A stretch of 64,000 nucleotides of DNA from an uncultured Clostridia bacterium (GCA_947628505.1 CANRAD010000008.1:757-64756), one strand, 5' to 3'. Shown: positions 20,628 through 31,497, counted from the first letter of the stretch. The notes: generated by a model from the letters alone, not told the origin. Numbers and translations are program-made.

Positions 20628-21467
20628 ATGCGAAAAATCGATACAAAGACAATAGAGAACAAAATATACGAAATGGCCTTGCACGCGGGCGTCAATCTTA
20701 CGCCCTCCTGCACGGCGGCGCTTGAAAACGCCTGCGAAAACGAAAGCGGCGCGGCGGCGAAATTCGGGCTGGAAACAATACTCAAAAACGCACGGACGGC
20801 AAATGAAATGCAGATGCCCGTCTGCCAGGACACGGGAATGGCGGTTATCATTATGGAGATAGGTCAGGAAGTTTGTTTAGAGGGCAAACTTTTACAGAAA
20901 GCCGTTGACGACGGCGTGTGCAGAGCCTATGCCGACGGATATTTCCGTAAATCGGTGTGCGATCCAATTACGAGGGCGAACACCGGCGACAACACTCCCG
21001 CCGTTCTGCATACCGAGATTGTCGCGGGCGACAAAATAAAGATAACTTATCTTCCGAAGGGCTTCGGCAGCGAAAATATGTCGCGACTGTATATGCTCAA
21101 ACCCGCGCAAGGCGTTGAAGGGATAATCTCCTCGATTGTGGAAACCGTGCGGCTCGCCGGCTCCCGCCCCTGTCCTCCCGTCTATGTGGGCGTGGGAATC
21201 GGCGGTTCATTCGATACCTGCGCGTTCCTTGCGAAAAAGGCAATCGCAAGAGACGTCGGAACGCAAAACCCGCGCGAAGACATTGCCGGGATCGAACGCG
21301 AGGCGTTGAAGAGAATAAACGAACTCAATATAGGCTGTCAAGGCTTCCACGGCGACGCGACCGCTCTCGGCGTGAGCTGTGAATGGGCGCCCACGCATAT
21401 AGCCGGATTGCCCGTTGCCGTAAACATTCAGTGCCACTGCGTGCGCTGTGAAAAGGAGGTTATATGA
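20628..21467 (+). CDS. Class I Fe-S hydro-lyase alpha subunit (fumarate hydratase / tartrate dehydratase type)
   Basis: Typical MPVCQDTGMAV motif and a 4-nt overlap with the beta subunit gene. Confidence 0.88.
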   Translation: MRKIDTKTIENKIYEMALHAGVNLTPSCTAALENACENESGAAAKFGLETILKNARTANEMQMPVCQDTGMAVIIMEIGQEVCLEGKLLQKAVDDGVCRAYADGYFRKSVCDPITRANTGDNTPAVLHTEIVAGDKIKITYLPKGFGSENMSRLYMLKPAQGVEGIISSIVETVRLAGSRPCPPVYVGVGIGGSFDTCAFLAKKAIARDVGTQNPREDIAGIEREALKRINELNIGCQGFHGDATALGVSCEWAPTHIAGLPVAVNIQCHCVRCEKEVI

Positions 21468-21982
21468 AAAAGCTGACTTTGCCCCTTTCGTCAAAGGATA
21501 TTATGGGGTTAACCGCCGGCGAGAGCGTGCTTTTGTCGGGCGTTATTCTTACGGCGAGAGACTGCGCGCACAAGCGTATTTTCGAATACATAAAAGAGGG
21601 CAAACAACTGCCCTTTGAGATAAAGGGCTCGATAATTTACTATGCGGGCCCCTGCCCCGCGAAGCCCGGAATGGCTTCGGGGAGCTGCGGGCCTACCACT
21701 TCCGCGAGAATGGACAGCTTTGCCCCCGCGCTTCTGGATATGGGGCTGTGCGGAATGATCGGAAAAGGCGAAATGTCAAACGAGGTGCGCGAGGCGATAA
21801 AACGCAACACGGGCGTGTATTTTGCGGCAATCGGCGGCGCGGGAGCGATTTACGGCAACGCCATAAAAAAGAGCGAATGTATAGCTTTTGCGGATCTTCT
21901 AAGCGAGGCCGTCTATCGGCTCGAAGTTGAAGATTTCCCCGCCGTCGTGGCGTATGACTGCAAGGGTAATTCGATATATTAA
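21464..21982 (+). CDS. Class I Fe-S hydro-lyase beta subunit
   Basis: Motifs GVILTARDCAHKR, YYAGPCPAKPG and GKG; translationally coupled to the alpha subunit. Confidence 0.88.
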   Translation: MKKLTLPLSSKDIMGLTAGESVLLSGVILTARDCAHKRIFEYIKEGKQLPFEIKGSIIYYAGPCPAKPGMASGSCGPTTSARMDSFAPALLDMGLCGMIGKGEMSNEVREAIKRNTGVYFAAIGGAGAIYGNAIKKSECIAFADLLSEAVYRLEVEDFPAVVAYDCKGNSIY

Positions 21983-21988
21983 CGAGAA

Positions 21989-22024
21989 GCCGCCGACGGA
22001 TTTTTCCGTCGGCGGCTTTTTTGT
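21989..22024. terminator. Terminator between convergent genes
   Basis: Stem gccgccgacgg / ccgtcggcggc followed by a T-run. Confidence 0.8.
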
Positions 22025-22041
22025 TTTGTTGTTTTGCAGTC

Positions 22042-22971
22042 TTATTCATACCGCATCCAATAGTAATATGTATATGTATATTTCAACTGCGTTGCATTTT
22101 GCGTTACATCGTCCGTGATTACGTCTTCTGCATTGCTCATATCACTGCCTTGTAAAACTTTCCAACCCGTAGTGTTTTCAAATATCACGCTTGTAAGTCT
22201 TTCACAACCATAGAATGCCCACTCGCCGATAGAAGTAACGCTTGCGGGTATGGTTATGCTTTCAAGGCTTGGGCAATCCTCGAATGCACTCTCGCCTATA
22301 ACGGTAACGGTTTTGCCGCTGTATTTTGCGGGGATTATTATATTACTGTCTGTTGCAGTGCCTTTTTTGACTGAATAAGTATCGTCTTCCAAAAACGTAA
22401 ATTCAAGCCCCGTTGTCAAAGGAGTGCCGCAATCGGCGCACTTGCTTTCACCCTTGTTTAGGCTATGGAAATTTTCGTTAATCGGCAAAACCAAATCTTG
22501 TTCGGTTATCTCTTTTTTGTATTTGTCAAAATATTTATTGCACTCGGAACATTTATAGTATGCGCGCACACCCTCTTCCGCACAAGTTGCGGGCACTTCC
22601 TTAACAAGTTCACCGTAAATGTGCGCTGACGGATCAATTTCTATTTCTTCATAAAATTGCTCTTTGCAACGTTCGCAGGTGCCGGATTTGCTTCCCTTAT
22701 TTTGGCAGGTTGCGGGAATGTAAGTTTCATTTATATCGTGCCCAAGTGCGGGAATGGTTTGCTTTTCACTCAACCCGCATGAGCACGCCCTCATTTTTTC
22801 GCCCGCGGCAGTGCAGGTGGCCTCTTTTACGGTTTGCCAATTGCCGAAAGAATGTATGTGCGCCGTGCCTTCCCCGTAATTATTCCCGGAATTCGAACAC
22901 GCCGCAAACCAAATGGCAAGGCACAACGCCGAAATTACGGATAAAAATACAACAATAAGTTTACGTCTCAT
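22042..22971 (-). CDS. Lipoprotein with Cys-rich repeats and BspA-type leucine-rich repeat C-terminus
   Basis: Start reset to MRRKLIVVFLSVISALCLAIWFAACS (signal plus lipobox). The C-terminus VTVIGESAFEDCPSLESITIPASVTSIGEWAFYGC is a BspA-like LRR. Confidence 0.7.
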   Translation of the reverse strand: MRRKLIVVFLSVISALCLAIWFAACSNSGNNYGEGTAHIHSFGNWQTVKEATCTAAGEKMRACSCGLSEKQTIPALGHDINETYIPATCQNKGSKSGTCERCKEQFYEEIEIDPSAHIYGELVKEVPATCAEEGVRAYYKCSECNKYFDKYKKEITEQDLVLPINENFHSLNKGESKCADCGTPLTTGLEFTFLEDDTYSVKKGTATDSNIIIPAKYSGKTVTVIGESAFEDCPSLESITIPASVTSIGEWAFYGCERLTSVIFENTTGWKVLQGSDMSNAEDVITDDVTQNATQLKYTYTYYYWMRYE

Positions 22972-23321
22972 TTGTATCTCCTTTTGTGCGGCAAAAAAAT
23001 AAGGTGTGCTCCCGAAAGAGCACACCGCACGGTATCTCTTACGGTTACCACACCACACAATTTTCGATTTTTCTTATCAAAATAATTGAAAAGAGATACA
23101 CAATGCCATATTGTGTATTTGATAAGAAAAAATGTATCGGACGGACTCCGTCCAATATGAAATTGTGTAATGTGGTACTTAAAATATATCACCATAGAAA
23201 TAAAAAGTCAAGGAGTTGGGATTTATTGGCCGGAAATTGCCGTTTGAAAGGGTTTTGCGGCGCGAGCGGAATGAAAAGCGGCGGCAAGGAAGATAATTGG
23301 GCGCGCACTGTCCAAAATAAG

Positions 23322-23350
23322 TTGACAACCGCAGAGATTTAAAATATAAT
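23322..23350 (+). promoter_or_regulatory. Consensus sigma-A promoter of pheST leader
   Basis: TTGACA (23322-23327), 17 nt, TATAAT (23345-23350). Confidence 0.7.
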
Positions 23351-23389
23351 TTTATTGTTGTTTATGAATTGAAATCACGGAAATCGCAG

Positions 23390-23673
23390 TGCGCGCAACC
23401 GCGCGAGGATTTCGTGAAATAAATTATTTAATGGCTTTGACCGGGACAGACGGAAGCAAATACTCCTTTAAAGAGAGAAAAATCCGCGGGCTGAAAGATT
23501 TTTCAACGGAGTGCGGCCGGTATTCACCCGCGAGCCGAAGCGCGAAAGGCAACGAGTAGCGCTCTCCGCTCATCCTTGGCGTTACAAGGCAATAAGGCGG
23601 CTCTTGCCGCGAAATCAGGTGGTACCGCGGAAAATTTTTCGCCCTGTGCTGTTGGCACGGGGTTTTTATTTTT
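23390..23673 (+). promoter_or_regulatory. T-box leader (Phe) with terminator/antiterminator
   Basis: Conserved T-box AAATCAGGTGGTACCGCG at 23612-23629. Terminator stem 23641-23662 plus a T-run. AGAGA and CUGAAAG stem I elements. Candidate UUC-A specifier at 23523-23526. Lies directly upstream of pheS. The 5' boundary is approximate. Confidence 0.85.
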
Positions 23674-23690
23674 AAAAACAAGGAGTATTT

Positions 23691-24719
23691 ATGGAAATCC
23701 ACGAAAAAATAAAGGAAATCGAGGACAAAATTTCCGAAGCGCTCAAAAACGTTAAACTTTCCAAGCACTTGCAGGAAGTCAGAATGAAATTCCTCGGCAA
23801 GACGGGCGAAATTTCGGAGCTTATGAAGGGCATGCGCGACGTGCCCCCCGAAAAGCGCAGAGAAGTCGGACAGCAACTTAACGAATTCCGCGGACGCGCC
23901 GAGGAGAAATTCAACGCGCTCAACGAGGAGTTGAAGGCAAAGGAATTAAAGGAAAAAATCAAGGCGGAAGCCATAGACGTAACCATGCCCGGAAGAAAGC
24001 CGGAAAGCGGAGCGTTTCATCCCAATACGCTTATAAGAGACGAGCTCGTTTCGGTATTTGCCGGCATGGGATTCGAGGTGTTCGAAGGTCCCGAAATAGA
24101 GAACGACTACTATAACTTCACCGCTCTCAACACTCCGAAAGACCACCCCGCAAGGGATATGCAAGATACCTTTTATATAACGGGCGACCTCCTTTTGAGA
24201 ACGCAGACCTCGGCGGGACAGATAAGGGTTATGGAAAACAAAAAACCGCCCATAAAAATTCTCTCGCCCGGAAAAGTTTACCGCAGCGACGACGACGCCA
24301 CCCACTCTCCGATGTTCTCGCAGATGGAAGGGCTTGTGGTGGACAAGGGCATAACTCTTTGCGACCTTAAAGGAATGTTGGACGAGTTCGCGAGAAAGGT
24401 TTTCGGCGAGGGCGTAAAAACGAGGCTCCGCCCCTCCTACTTCCCCTTTACCGAGCCCTCTGTCGAGGTGGACGTCAGTTGCTTCGAATGCGGAGGCAAG
24501 GGTTGCAGACTGTGCAAGGGCACGGGCTGGATAGAAGTTTTGGGCGCGGGCATGGTGAACAGGCGCGTTCTGGAAGGATGCGGCGTGGATCCCGACGTTT
24601 ACACCGGCTTTGCGTTCGGAATGGGCATAGAGAGAATAGCAATGCTCAAATACGGCATAAACAATATGAAACTCCTCTTCGAGGGAGACGTGAGATTTTT
24701 GAAACAGTTCAAGGGTTGA
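23691..24719 (+). CDS. pheS: Phenylalanine--tRNA ligase alpha subunit
   Basis: Class II aaRS motifs ([15 protein letters not shown]..., [13 protein letters not shown]); AAGGAG RBS. Confidence 0.97.
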   Translation: MEIHEKIKEIEDKISEALKNVKLSKHLQEVRMKFLGKTGEISELMKGMRDVPPEKRREVGQQLNEFRGRAEEKFNALNEELKAKELKEKIKAEAIDVTMPGRKPESGAFHPNTLIRDELVSVFAGMGFEVFEGPEIENDYYNFTALNTPKDHPARDMQDTFYITGDLLLRTQTSAGQIRVMENKKPPIKILSPGKVYRSDDDATHSPMFSQMEGLVVDKGITLCDLKGMLDEFARKVFGEGVKTRLRPSYFPFTEPSVEVDVSCFECGGKGCRLCKGTGWIEVLGAGMVNRRVLEGCGVDPDVYTGFAFGMGIERIAMLKYGINNMKLLFEGDVRFLKQFKG

Positions 24720-24727
24720 GGTGAAAG

Positions 24728-27130
24728 ATGAAAGCTCCTTTAAGTTGGCTTAAAGATTATGTTGATATAGATATTTCCGCCGAAGAGCTCACGGAAAAAC
24801 TTTTTTCGTGCGGATTTGAAGTTGAAGAACTCATTTATCCCGGCAAAGACATCTCCGGAGTTGTCGTCGGGGAAGTTATCGAATGCGAGCCCGTTGAGGG
24901 TACGCACCTGCACGTATGCAAAGTGGACTGCGGAGAGCGCGGCGTATTTCAGATATGCTGCGGCGCAGACAACGTTAAAAAGGGCATAAAGGCCCCCGTC
25001 GCGCTTGTGGGAGCTACCGTTTACGCAACGGCTAAGGACCACGTTACCGTAGAAGGCGTCATGACCATAAAAAAAGGCAAACTCCGCGGTATAGAAAGCG
25101 AGGGAATGTTGTGCTCGGGCGCGGAGATCGGCGTAAACGGGGATATGTTCGAAGGCGGCGATTACTGCGGGCTTTTGATTCTGCCCAAAGAGTTTGAAAA
25201 CGGCGCGGACGTAAAACCGCTTTTGGGGCTCGACGATTGCGTGCTCGATATAGCCGTAACCGCAAACCGCCCGGACTGTCAGAGTATTCTCGGCATAGCC
25301 AGAGAAGTTGCCGCCGTTCTCAAAAAAGAGCTGAAAGAACCCGACTACTCCTATACTCCCGTCAAAGACTGCGAACCCGTAAGCATATCGGTTGAAGCTC
25401 CCGATCTCTGCCCCAGATATATCGGACATTGCGTTTCCGACGTTAAAATTGCCGTTTCACCGCTGTGGTTGAGAAAAAGACTCGCCCTATGCGGTCTGCG
25501 TTCAATAAACAATATTGTGGACATAACCAATTTTATATTGCTTGAAATGGGACAGCCGATGCACGCATTCGATTTAAGAACAATCGGCGGAAGAAAAATT
25601 ATCGTGCGCAGAGCCGAAAAAGGCGAAAAAATCGTAACGCTCGACGAAAACGAATTCGAGCTCGACGGCGAAAACCTCGTCATATGCGACGCAAACAAAC
25701 CGGTTGCTTTGGCGGGCATTATGGGCGGACTGAACAGCGAAATCAAAGACGATACGTCGGACGTATTGTTCGAAGCCGCAAAATTCGCAAGAGACAACAT
25801 AAGAAAAACTTCGAGAGCGCTCGGGCAACATTCCGACAGCTCCGCGCTGTTTGAAAAGGGCGTTTACGAATATACTACCGAAAGAGCCATGAAGAGAGCT
25901 CTGCACCTCATAGAAGAACTCGGCTGCGGCAAAATCTGCACTATGCACACAGACGTCTGCGCGGCCGTAACCGAAGAAAAGAAATTGACTTGCAGCGTAA
26001 AGAAGATAAACGCCCTCCTCGGCATCGAAGTGCCCGCGGAAGAGATGAAAAATATTCTTTCGAGCCTCAACTTCAAAGTTTCCCTATCCAATGACACCCT
26101 TTCGCTCACCGTTCCCAAGTATCGCGAAGACATCGACGGATATCCCGACATAGCCGAGGAGATAATTAGATTTTACGGTTATTCGCATATCAACGGCACG
26201 TTCCTCCCCTCCGCTTCGATAACGAACGGCGGATATAACGAAGAACAGAAAACGGAAAACTCGTTAAAGCAAACTCTCAGTGCAAAAGGCTTGTATGAAA
26301 TTTCGACCTATTCGTTCTATTCGCCCTCCGATTTTGACGCCTTGCATATTCCCGGGGACGACGCGCTGAGAAAGGCGATAAAAATTCTCAATCCCATAAG
26401 CGAAGAACTCTCGGTTATGCGCACCACTCTTGCTCCGTCAATGTTGCAGGTTATTACGCGCAATCTCAGACGCGGCAATCTCGAAGGCAAGGTTTACGAA
26501 CTCGCAAAAGTATATCTTGCCGACGAAATACCCGTAAAGACATTCCCCGAAGAACGCAAAACGCTTTCTCTCGGCATTTGGGGCAAATACGACTTCTTCG
26601 ACCTTAAAGGAATTATCGAAACGGTTGCGGAGAGCTTCAACGTCAAATTCAATTATGTTCCGTCGCAAAGGAGTTGGTTGCACCCCGGAATCACCGCGGA
26701 AATCTTGTGCGACGACATAAAAATAGGTTACCTCGGAATGATATCTCCGCAAATTTCCGCCGAACTCGCGCTCGAACGCGACGCATATATAGCGGAAATA
26801 GGCTATGACGAGCTCAAAAAGCACCGTAGGCCTTTCAGATACAAGCCTCTTCCCAAATACGCGGTGGAAACGAGAGATCTCGCTTTGGTATGCGACTGTG
26901 CAATTTCTTGCGGCGAGATAGAAAGGGAAATTTACGGCGCATGCAAATATGTTACCGACGTCAGACTGTTCGACGTCTATAAGGGCGGACAGATCGGCGA
27001 GGGCAAAAAGTCGATGGCGTTTACCGTTACGTTTACTCCCTCGGAAGAGGAAATAACAACCCGCATAGACGGATTCGTTAAGAAAATACTCGGAAATCTG
27101 AAATTCAAACTCGGCGTTGAATTGAGATAA
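24728..27130 (+). CDS. pheT: Phenylalanine--tRNA ligase beta subunit
   Basis: 800 aa, starts MKAPLSWLKDYV; B3/4, B5 and FDX-ACB domain order. Confidence 0.97.
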   Translation: MKAPLSWLKDYVDIDISAEELTEKLFSCGFEVEELIYPGKDISGVVVGEVIECEPVEGTHLHVCKVDCGERGVFQICCGADNVKKGIKAPVALVGATVYATAKDHVTVEGVMTIKKGKLRGIESEGMLCSGAEIGVNGDMFEGGDYCGLLILPKEFENGADVKPLLGLDDCVLDIAVTANRPDCQSILGIAREVAAVLKKELKEPDYSYTPVKDCEPVSISVEAPDLCPRYIGHCVSDVKIAVSPLWLRKRLALCGLRSINNIVDITNFILLEMGQPMHAFDLRTIGGRKIIVRRAEKGEKIVTLDENEFELDGENLVICDANKPVALAGIMGGLNSEIKDDTSDVLFEAAKFARDNIRKTSRALGQHSDSSALFEKGVYEYTTERAMKRALHLIEELGCGKICTMHTDVCAAVTEEKKLTCSVKKINALLGIEVPAEEMKNILSSLNFKVSLSNDTLSLTVPKYREDIDGYPDIAEEIIRFYGYSHINGTFLPSASITNGGYNEEQKTENSLKQTLSAKGLYEISTYSFYSPSDFDALHIPGDDALRKAIKILNPISEELSVMRTTLAPSMLQVITRNLRRGNLEGKVYELAKVYLADEIPVKTFPEERKTLSLGIWGKYDFFDLKGIIETVAESFNVKFNYVPSQRSWLHPGITAEILCDDIKIGYLGMISPQISAELALERDAYIAEIGYDELKKHRRPFRYKPLPKYAVETRDLALVCDCAISCGEIEREIYGACKYVTDVRLFDVYKGGQIGEGKKSMAFTVTFTPSEEEITTRIDGFVKKILGNLKFKLGVELR

Positions 27131-27163
27131 ACAAATCCGGATTTCCTGCGTTATAACAAAATT

Positions 27164-27200
27164 GCGGCGGGCGCGAATACGCGCCCGCCGCTTTACTGTT
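27164..27200. terminator. Bidirectional terminator (pheT / yunB)
   Basis: 12-bp stem gcggcgggcgcg / cgcgcccgccgc, loop aata, T-rich tail. Confidence 0.85.
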
Positions 27201-27864
27201 TTTTACCGTCCGGAACGAGCGCGCCGTTTGAACCCGCCCATGACGCTTGCAGATATGTATCCGGAATTTTGCCCGTTATAACGCTTTCGCAAACGAGCAC
27301 TTCTATTGTCGAAGCGAGGTTTGTCGATTTCGACGGCAGTATTATCGAAATATCCGAGACGATTTCGAGATAGATGGAGTGTTTGGTTTGATTTATCCCG
27401 GCGCTCTCGAATTTCGAGACAAATCTGCACTCGACGTTGCTTATCGGAATTATCTTTATATTTATCTTATTGCCGAAACCGGCGAGCGCCTCTATGCCCG
27501 TGAGCGCGCCTATCGGCACCATTATGCCCTCTGCGCTCATTTTGGTCAGATTTTCCTGCGAAAGATATGCCGTGTCCCTCGCTATTCTGTTTATTTTCAG
27601 ACTGTCGGTGGTTATCGAAGTTACGTTGCCTTCGGCGTCGCGTTCGATGGTTATAAGGTCTTCATAACGCATAACGTCGTTCAAAGTGTAATATATGGCG
27701 TCGTTGACGGCAACGGTGGTTATGGAACGAATCGTGGCCTCGCTTATCGAGATGAGAACGCGCGTTACGTTGCGCTGAAAATAGAAAATCACTCCCATTA
27801 TAATGAGGCAGATTATCAAGACAAGAATCTTAAATCGTCTGAACTTTGCGTTTTTTGCCGGCAT
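27193..27864 (-). CDS. yunB: Sporulation protein YunB
   Basis: N-terminal TM segment, then the pattern ...AVNDAI...INRI...MVPIGALTG... typical of YunB. Sits next to the spoVA operon. Confidence 0.7.
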   Translation of the reverse strand: MPAKNAKFRRFKILVLIICLIIMGVIFYFQRNVTRVLISISEATIRSITTVAVNDAIYYTLNDVMRYEDLITIERDAEGNVTSITTDSLKINRIARDTAYLSQENLTKMSAEGIMVPIGALTGIEALAGFGNKINIKIIPISNVECRFVSKFESAGINQTKHSIYLEIVSDISIILPSKSTNLASTIEVLVCESVITGKIPDTYLQASWAGSNGALVPDGKKQ

Positions 27865-27877
27865 ACAATATTGTATG

Positions 27878-28261
27878 TCAATTCCGCTTCGTTCTTGATT
27901 TAAAAATCAAAGCCATTAAAAATGCGAACACCACAGCCGCAGTAACGCCTGCGCTCGCCGCGGTAAGCGCGCCCGTAACGGCGTAAAACAATCCTTTTTC
28001 CGCGCCTTTCATTGCGCCGTTGGCAAGCAAATACCCGAAACCCGATATCGGCACGGTGGCGCCCGCCCCGGCAAATTCCACAAGCGGCTGATAGAGCCCT
28101 ATAGACGTCAGAACCACTCCGGCAAGCATAAAATACACGAGTATTTTACCTGCCGTAAGGTCGGTATAATTTATGATAATCTGCGCAATCAAGCATATAC
28201 CGCCGCCGACGGCGAACGCTTTTAAGTACGCAAGAAAAATCGATAGGATTTCGGCTTCCAT
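27878..28261 (-). CDS. spoVAE: Stage V sporulation protein AE (SpoVAEB type)
   Basis: 127-aa membrane protein paralogous to SpoVAC (GATVPISGFG motif); last gene of the spoVAC-AD-AE operon. Confidence 0.85.
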   Translation of the reverse strand: MEAEILSIFLAYLKAFAVGGGICLIAQIIINYTDLTAGKILVYFMLAGVVLTSIGLYQPLVEFAGAGATVPISGFGYLLANGAMKGAEKGLFYAVTGALTAASAGVTAAVVFAFLMALIFKSRTKRN

Positions 28262-28269
28262 ATTTCCCC

Positions 28270-29268
28270 TTAATTTTCAAGTTGGACGGCATGACTTATG
28301 CACGGAATACTCTCTCCCTGTCCGGAAGAAACGGTTGAGAGCAACGCTCCCGTAGCGGCAAACAGCACTCTTCCGTAAAGCCCCGCGCTCATTTTCGTGA
28401 GAACGTATGAGTTCAGAACGGTTGCCGAGCAACCTGCGCCGCTTCCGCCCTGAAATTCGCTCTCTATGACTTTATATATTATCTCACCGCAATCGACGTG
28501 CTTTTCGGACACGTCGAAACCTTTTTCCCAAGTCAAATCTTTAAGTATACGGCTTCCGAGCGCGCCCAAATCCCCCGTTAAAATCAAATCGTAGTCTTCG
28601 GGAGAAGTTTCTGTGTCTTTAAAATGTCGTATGAGCGTATCGGCCGCCGCCGGAGCCATTGCCGCGCCCATATTGTTTACGTCGGTTACCCCGAAATCGC
28701 ATACTCTTCCCATAGTGCCGTTTACTATTTTCACACCGCGGCCGCCCGAGGATATAAGATTTGCGCCGGCGCCCGTAACCGTCCACTGCGCCTGCGGCGG
28801 GCGCGTGCAACCGAGTTCGAGAGGATATCTGTACTGTCTTTCCGCCGAAGCGAAATGACTTCCTGTGGCCGCAACCGCGCTGTTTATATAGCCAGCGTTC
28901 ACGAGCGCCGCGGCGAGCAACATGCTTTCGCTCATGGTCGAACATGCGGAATACACGCCCAAAAACGGAAAATTATAGTCTCTGGCGGCAAAACTTGCAG
29001 ATATTATCTGATTGAGAAGGTCTCCCGAAAACAGTACGTCGACCTCGTTTTCCTTATACCCGCTCTTTTTGACGGCGAGCGAAATGGCCGTGGAGAGCAT
29101 TTTACATTCGGCCTTTTCGTAAGTGCTCTCGCCGTACATATCGTCCGACAGCGCAATATCCGCATACGATCCGATTATGCCCTCGCTTTCTTTGCTGCCG
29201 CAGACTGCCGCAAAAGAAGTTATCCGGGGCGCGTTTTCAAAAAAAATGGTATTGCCTTTCTTATTCAT
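28270..29268 (-). CDS. spoVAD: Stage V sporulation protein AD
   Basis: Thiolase-like fold sequence. Start reset to MNKKGNTIFF so that ATGA overlaps the spoVAC stop (29265-29268). Confidence 0.88.
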   Translation of the reverse strand: MNKKGNTIFFENAPRITSFAAVCGSKESEGIIGSYADIALSDDMYGESTYEKAECKMLSTAISLAVKKSGYKENEVDVLFSGDLLNQIISASFAARDYNFPFLGVYSACSTMSESMLLAAALVNAGYINSAVAATGSHFASAERQYRYPLELGCTRPPQAQWTVTGAGANLISSGGRGVKIVNGTMGRVCDFGVTDVNNMGAAMAPAAADTLIRHFKDTETSPEDYDLILTGDLGALGSRILKDLTWEKGFDVSEKHVDCGEIIYKVIESEFQGGSGAGCSATVLNSYVLTKMSAGLYGRVLFAATGALLSTVSSGQGESIPCISHAVQLEN

Positions 29269-29714
29269 AAAAACAGATATACGAGTCCGACTATAACGCC
29301 CGAAAATACGCCGAAAACAATTATGGCTCCCGCGACGGTAAACATTTTGGCCGCCATGCCGTATATCCACCCCTCCGTTTTAAACTCTATTGCCGGCGAC
29401 GTTACGCTGTTGGCGAAACCCGTTATCGGAACTATCGAACCCGCGCCCGCATATCTGCCTATTCTGTCGTATACGCCCAAGCCCGTCAGAAGACAACCTA
29501 TAAAAATCAGTATGACGGAAGTCGAGCCGGCAAGTTCGTCTCCCGAAAGCCCCGCATATCCGAGCATATATCTTATGAACTGCCCTATACAGCAGATAAA
29601 TCCGCCCACGCCGAACGCGGCAAGACAATTCTTGAAATGTTTTGTGGGCGGATCCTGCGTTTTTACATATTCGAGATAATTTCTGTTATAGTTTTCACGT
29701 GTTCTGCCTGTCAT
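29265..29714 (-). CDS. spoVAC: Stage V sporulation protein AC
   Basis: 149-aa four-TM protein with the GSIVPITGFANS motif; first gene of the operon. Confidence 0.88.
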   Translation of the reverse strand: MTGRTRENYNRNYLEYVKTQDPPTKHFKNCLAAFGVGGFICCIGQFIRYMLGYAGLSGDELAGSTSVILIFIGCLLTGLGVYDRIGRYAGAGSIVPITGFANSVTSPAIEFKTEGWIYGMAAKMFTVAGAIIVFGVFSGVIVGLVYLFL

Positions 29715-29789
29715 TTTTAACCCCGTCGCCCTTTTGCGCTTTTATAAAAGTTTCGCGTTCGTTGCGTCTGGAAAGATCGACTTCCCGTC

Positions 29790-30629
29790 TCATTGATTGT
29801 ACATCCTGTCGTTTATTCCGAGCGCGACTTTCTGAGGCATTATTTTAGACATGAATCTGTAAACCGTGTTCCTTGCGCCGCAAATCTTTATAACCGGAGG
29901 CTTGTCCTCTGTCAGAAGATTTGCTATTATTTCGGCTACGTCCGCGGGAGACATTCCGCTTTGTTCCATGTTCGCAAGCGCGGCGACGGCTTTATTGACG
30001 CTCTTAGAATAGTTGCCGCTCTCTTCGTCGTTGTATACTTTCCGCTTGAAAGTGAAACCCGTTGCCGTGCCGCCGGGCAAAACGCCCGTAACTTTTATTT
30101 TATAAGGTTTGAGTTCGCTGTACGCCGCACGGCAGAATATTTCAAGCGCGGCTTTCGACGCGGAATAAAAGCTGTCGAAACTTATTGGAAGGTCGCCGCC
30201 TATCGAGCCGACGAGAATTATTCTGCCGCCCTTCGACTTCATAAACGGAATAGTCGCCTGCACGGCTTTGAGCGCGCCGAAGAAATTGACCTCGAAAAGG
30301 TATTTATAGTCGCTTTCCTTGGCATATTCTATCGGCGCCGCCATGGAAAATCCGGCGCTGTAAATCAGAGCGCCGACGCCGTTTTTGCCGGCGGCTTTCT
30401 TTATTGCCGCTTCAAGTTCGTTGCCGCAACTTACGTCGGCGGAGATATTCGTTACTTTGAGATTTTTGCAAGGAGTGCGGGATATGTTAACTACGTTCCA
30501 ACCGCGGTTTACGAGTCTTTGGCAAGTTTCGTATCCTATGCCGGAACTGCCGCCGACCACTATCGCCGTTTTTTTGTTTTTACTTTTTTCCATATCCATA
30601 TGTTGCGGAAAAATCTTACAATTATTCAA
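29790..30629 (-). CDS. SDR family oxidoreductase
   Basis: Motifs VVGGSSGIG, NSAG-like YSAGF and YSASK. Start is uncertain: a TTG overlapping the ZIP stop as TTGA, or ATG at 30599/30593. Confidence 0.85.
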   Translation of the reverse strand: MNNCKIFPQHMDMEKSKNKKTAIVVGGSSGIGYETCQRLVNRGWNVVNISRTPCKNLKVTNISADVSCGNELEAAIKKAAGKNGVGALIYSAGFSMAAPIEYAKESDYKYLFEVNFFGALKAVQATIPFMKSKGGRIILVGSIGGDLPISFDSFYSASKAALEIFCRAAYSELKPYKIKVTGVLPGGTATGFTFKRKVYNDEESGNYSKSVNKAVAALANMEQSGMSPADVAEIIANLLTEDKPPVIKICGARNTVYRFMSKIMPQKVALGINDRMYNQ

Positions 30630-31399
30630 CCGAACGCAATATCAAGCACCATCATAATCACAAAACCCGCTATTATTCCCAAAGTGGCCTGAATTTTGCC
30701 CGATGAAAAGCTCTCGGGTATAAGTTCCGAACCTACTACCGCCAGCATGGCGCCCGCCGAAAACGAAAGCGCCCAAGGAAGTATTCCGCTCGCCGCAGAC
30801 ACGGCCACTGCGCCTATTATTCCCGCCGCTATTTCAACCGCGCCTGAAAGCTGCCCTATAAAAAAACTTTTGCCTCTCGACATGCCGTTCGCCCGCAGCG
30901 GGAAAGCAACGCACATGCCCTCCGGGAAATTCTGTATTCCTATACCTACGGCGAGCATTAGCGCCGCGACGAATTCGGTGGCGTTCCCCGCCGTTGCCGC
31001 GCCGCAAGCGACGCCCACAGCCAAGCCCTCCGGAATATTGTGCATGGTTACGGCTATGCACATCACGGCGGAGCCTCTCAATTTTGCGCTTTCCGAAAAA
31101 AAACGCAATTTGCCTATCAATATATCTGTTATTATTATGAGAAGTCCTCCCAAAACAAATCCCAAAGAGAGAACCGCCCATACGGGATCCGGCGAACATT
31201 CTATCGCCGGAAGAAGGAGCGAAAAAAAGGTCGAAGCAAGCATTATCCCCGCCGCGCTCGCCATCATAAACGAGAAAGCGGATTTGCCTACTTTTTTACA
31301 TACAAAAACAAGCGCGGCGCCGGCCGCTGTCATAAAATACGTAAACGCAGTTGCAAGCAATGCAAGTTGCCACCCCGATAACGTCATTATCCATTGCAC
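30626..31399 (-). CDS. ZIP family metal transporter
   Basis: Eight-TM profile with HNIPEGLAVG and QNFPEGM motifs. Confidence 0.88.
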   Translation of the reverse strand: MQWIMTLSGWQLALLATAFTYFMTAAGAALVFVCKKVGKSAFSFMMASAAGIMLASTFFSLLLPAIECSPDPVWAVLSLGFVLGGLLIIITDILIGKLRFFSESAKLRGSAVMCIAVTMHNIPEGLAVGVACGAATAGNATEFVAALMLAVGIGIQNFPEGMCVAFPLRANGMSRGKSFFIGQLSGAVEIAAGIIGAVAVSAASGILPWALSFSAGAMLAVVGSELIPESFSSGKIQATLGIIAGFVIMMVLDIAFG

Positions 31400-31450
31400 A
31401 AGTATTTCTCCGTGTAAAAAGCGTATATTTTATCATATGAATAAAATAAT

Positions 31451-31474
31451 CGCGGCGTGAAGTTTCACGCCGCG
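31451..31474 (-). terminator. Terminator after TVP38 gene
   Basis: Stem cgcggcgtga / tcacgccgcg, with a T-rich tail on the minus strand. Confidence 0.6.
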
Positions 31475-31497
31475 CGTCCGAAAATATCGGTATATAT

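Noticed and set aside
23424-23986. Two minus-strand ORFs (150 aa and 104 aa) over the pheS leader and start
   Set aside because: They are antisense to a T-box leader with conserved elements and to the pheS 5' end. Their sequences are low-complexity with no motifs.
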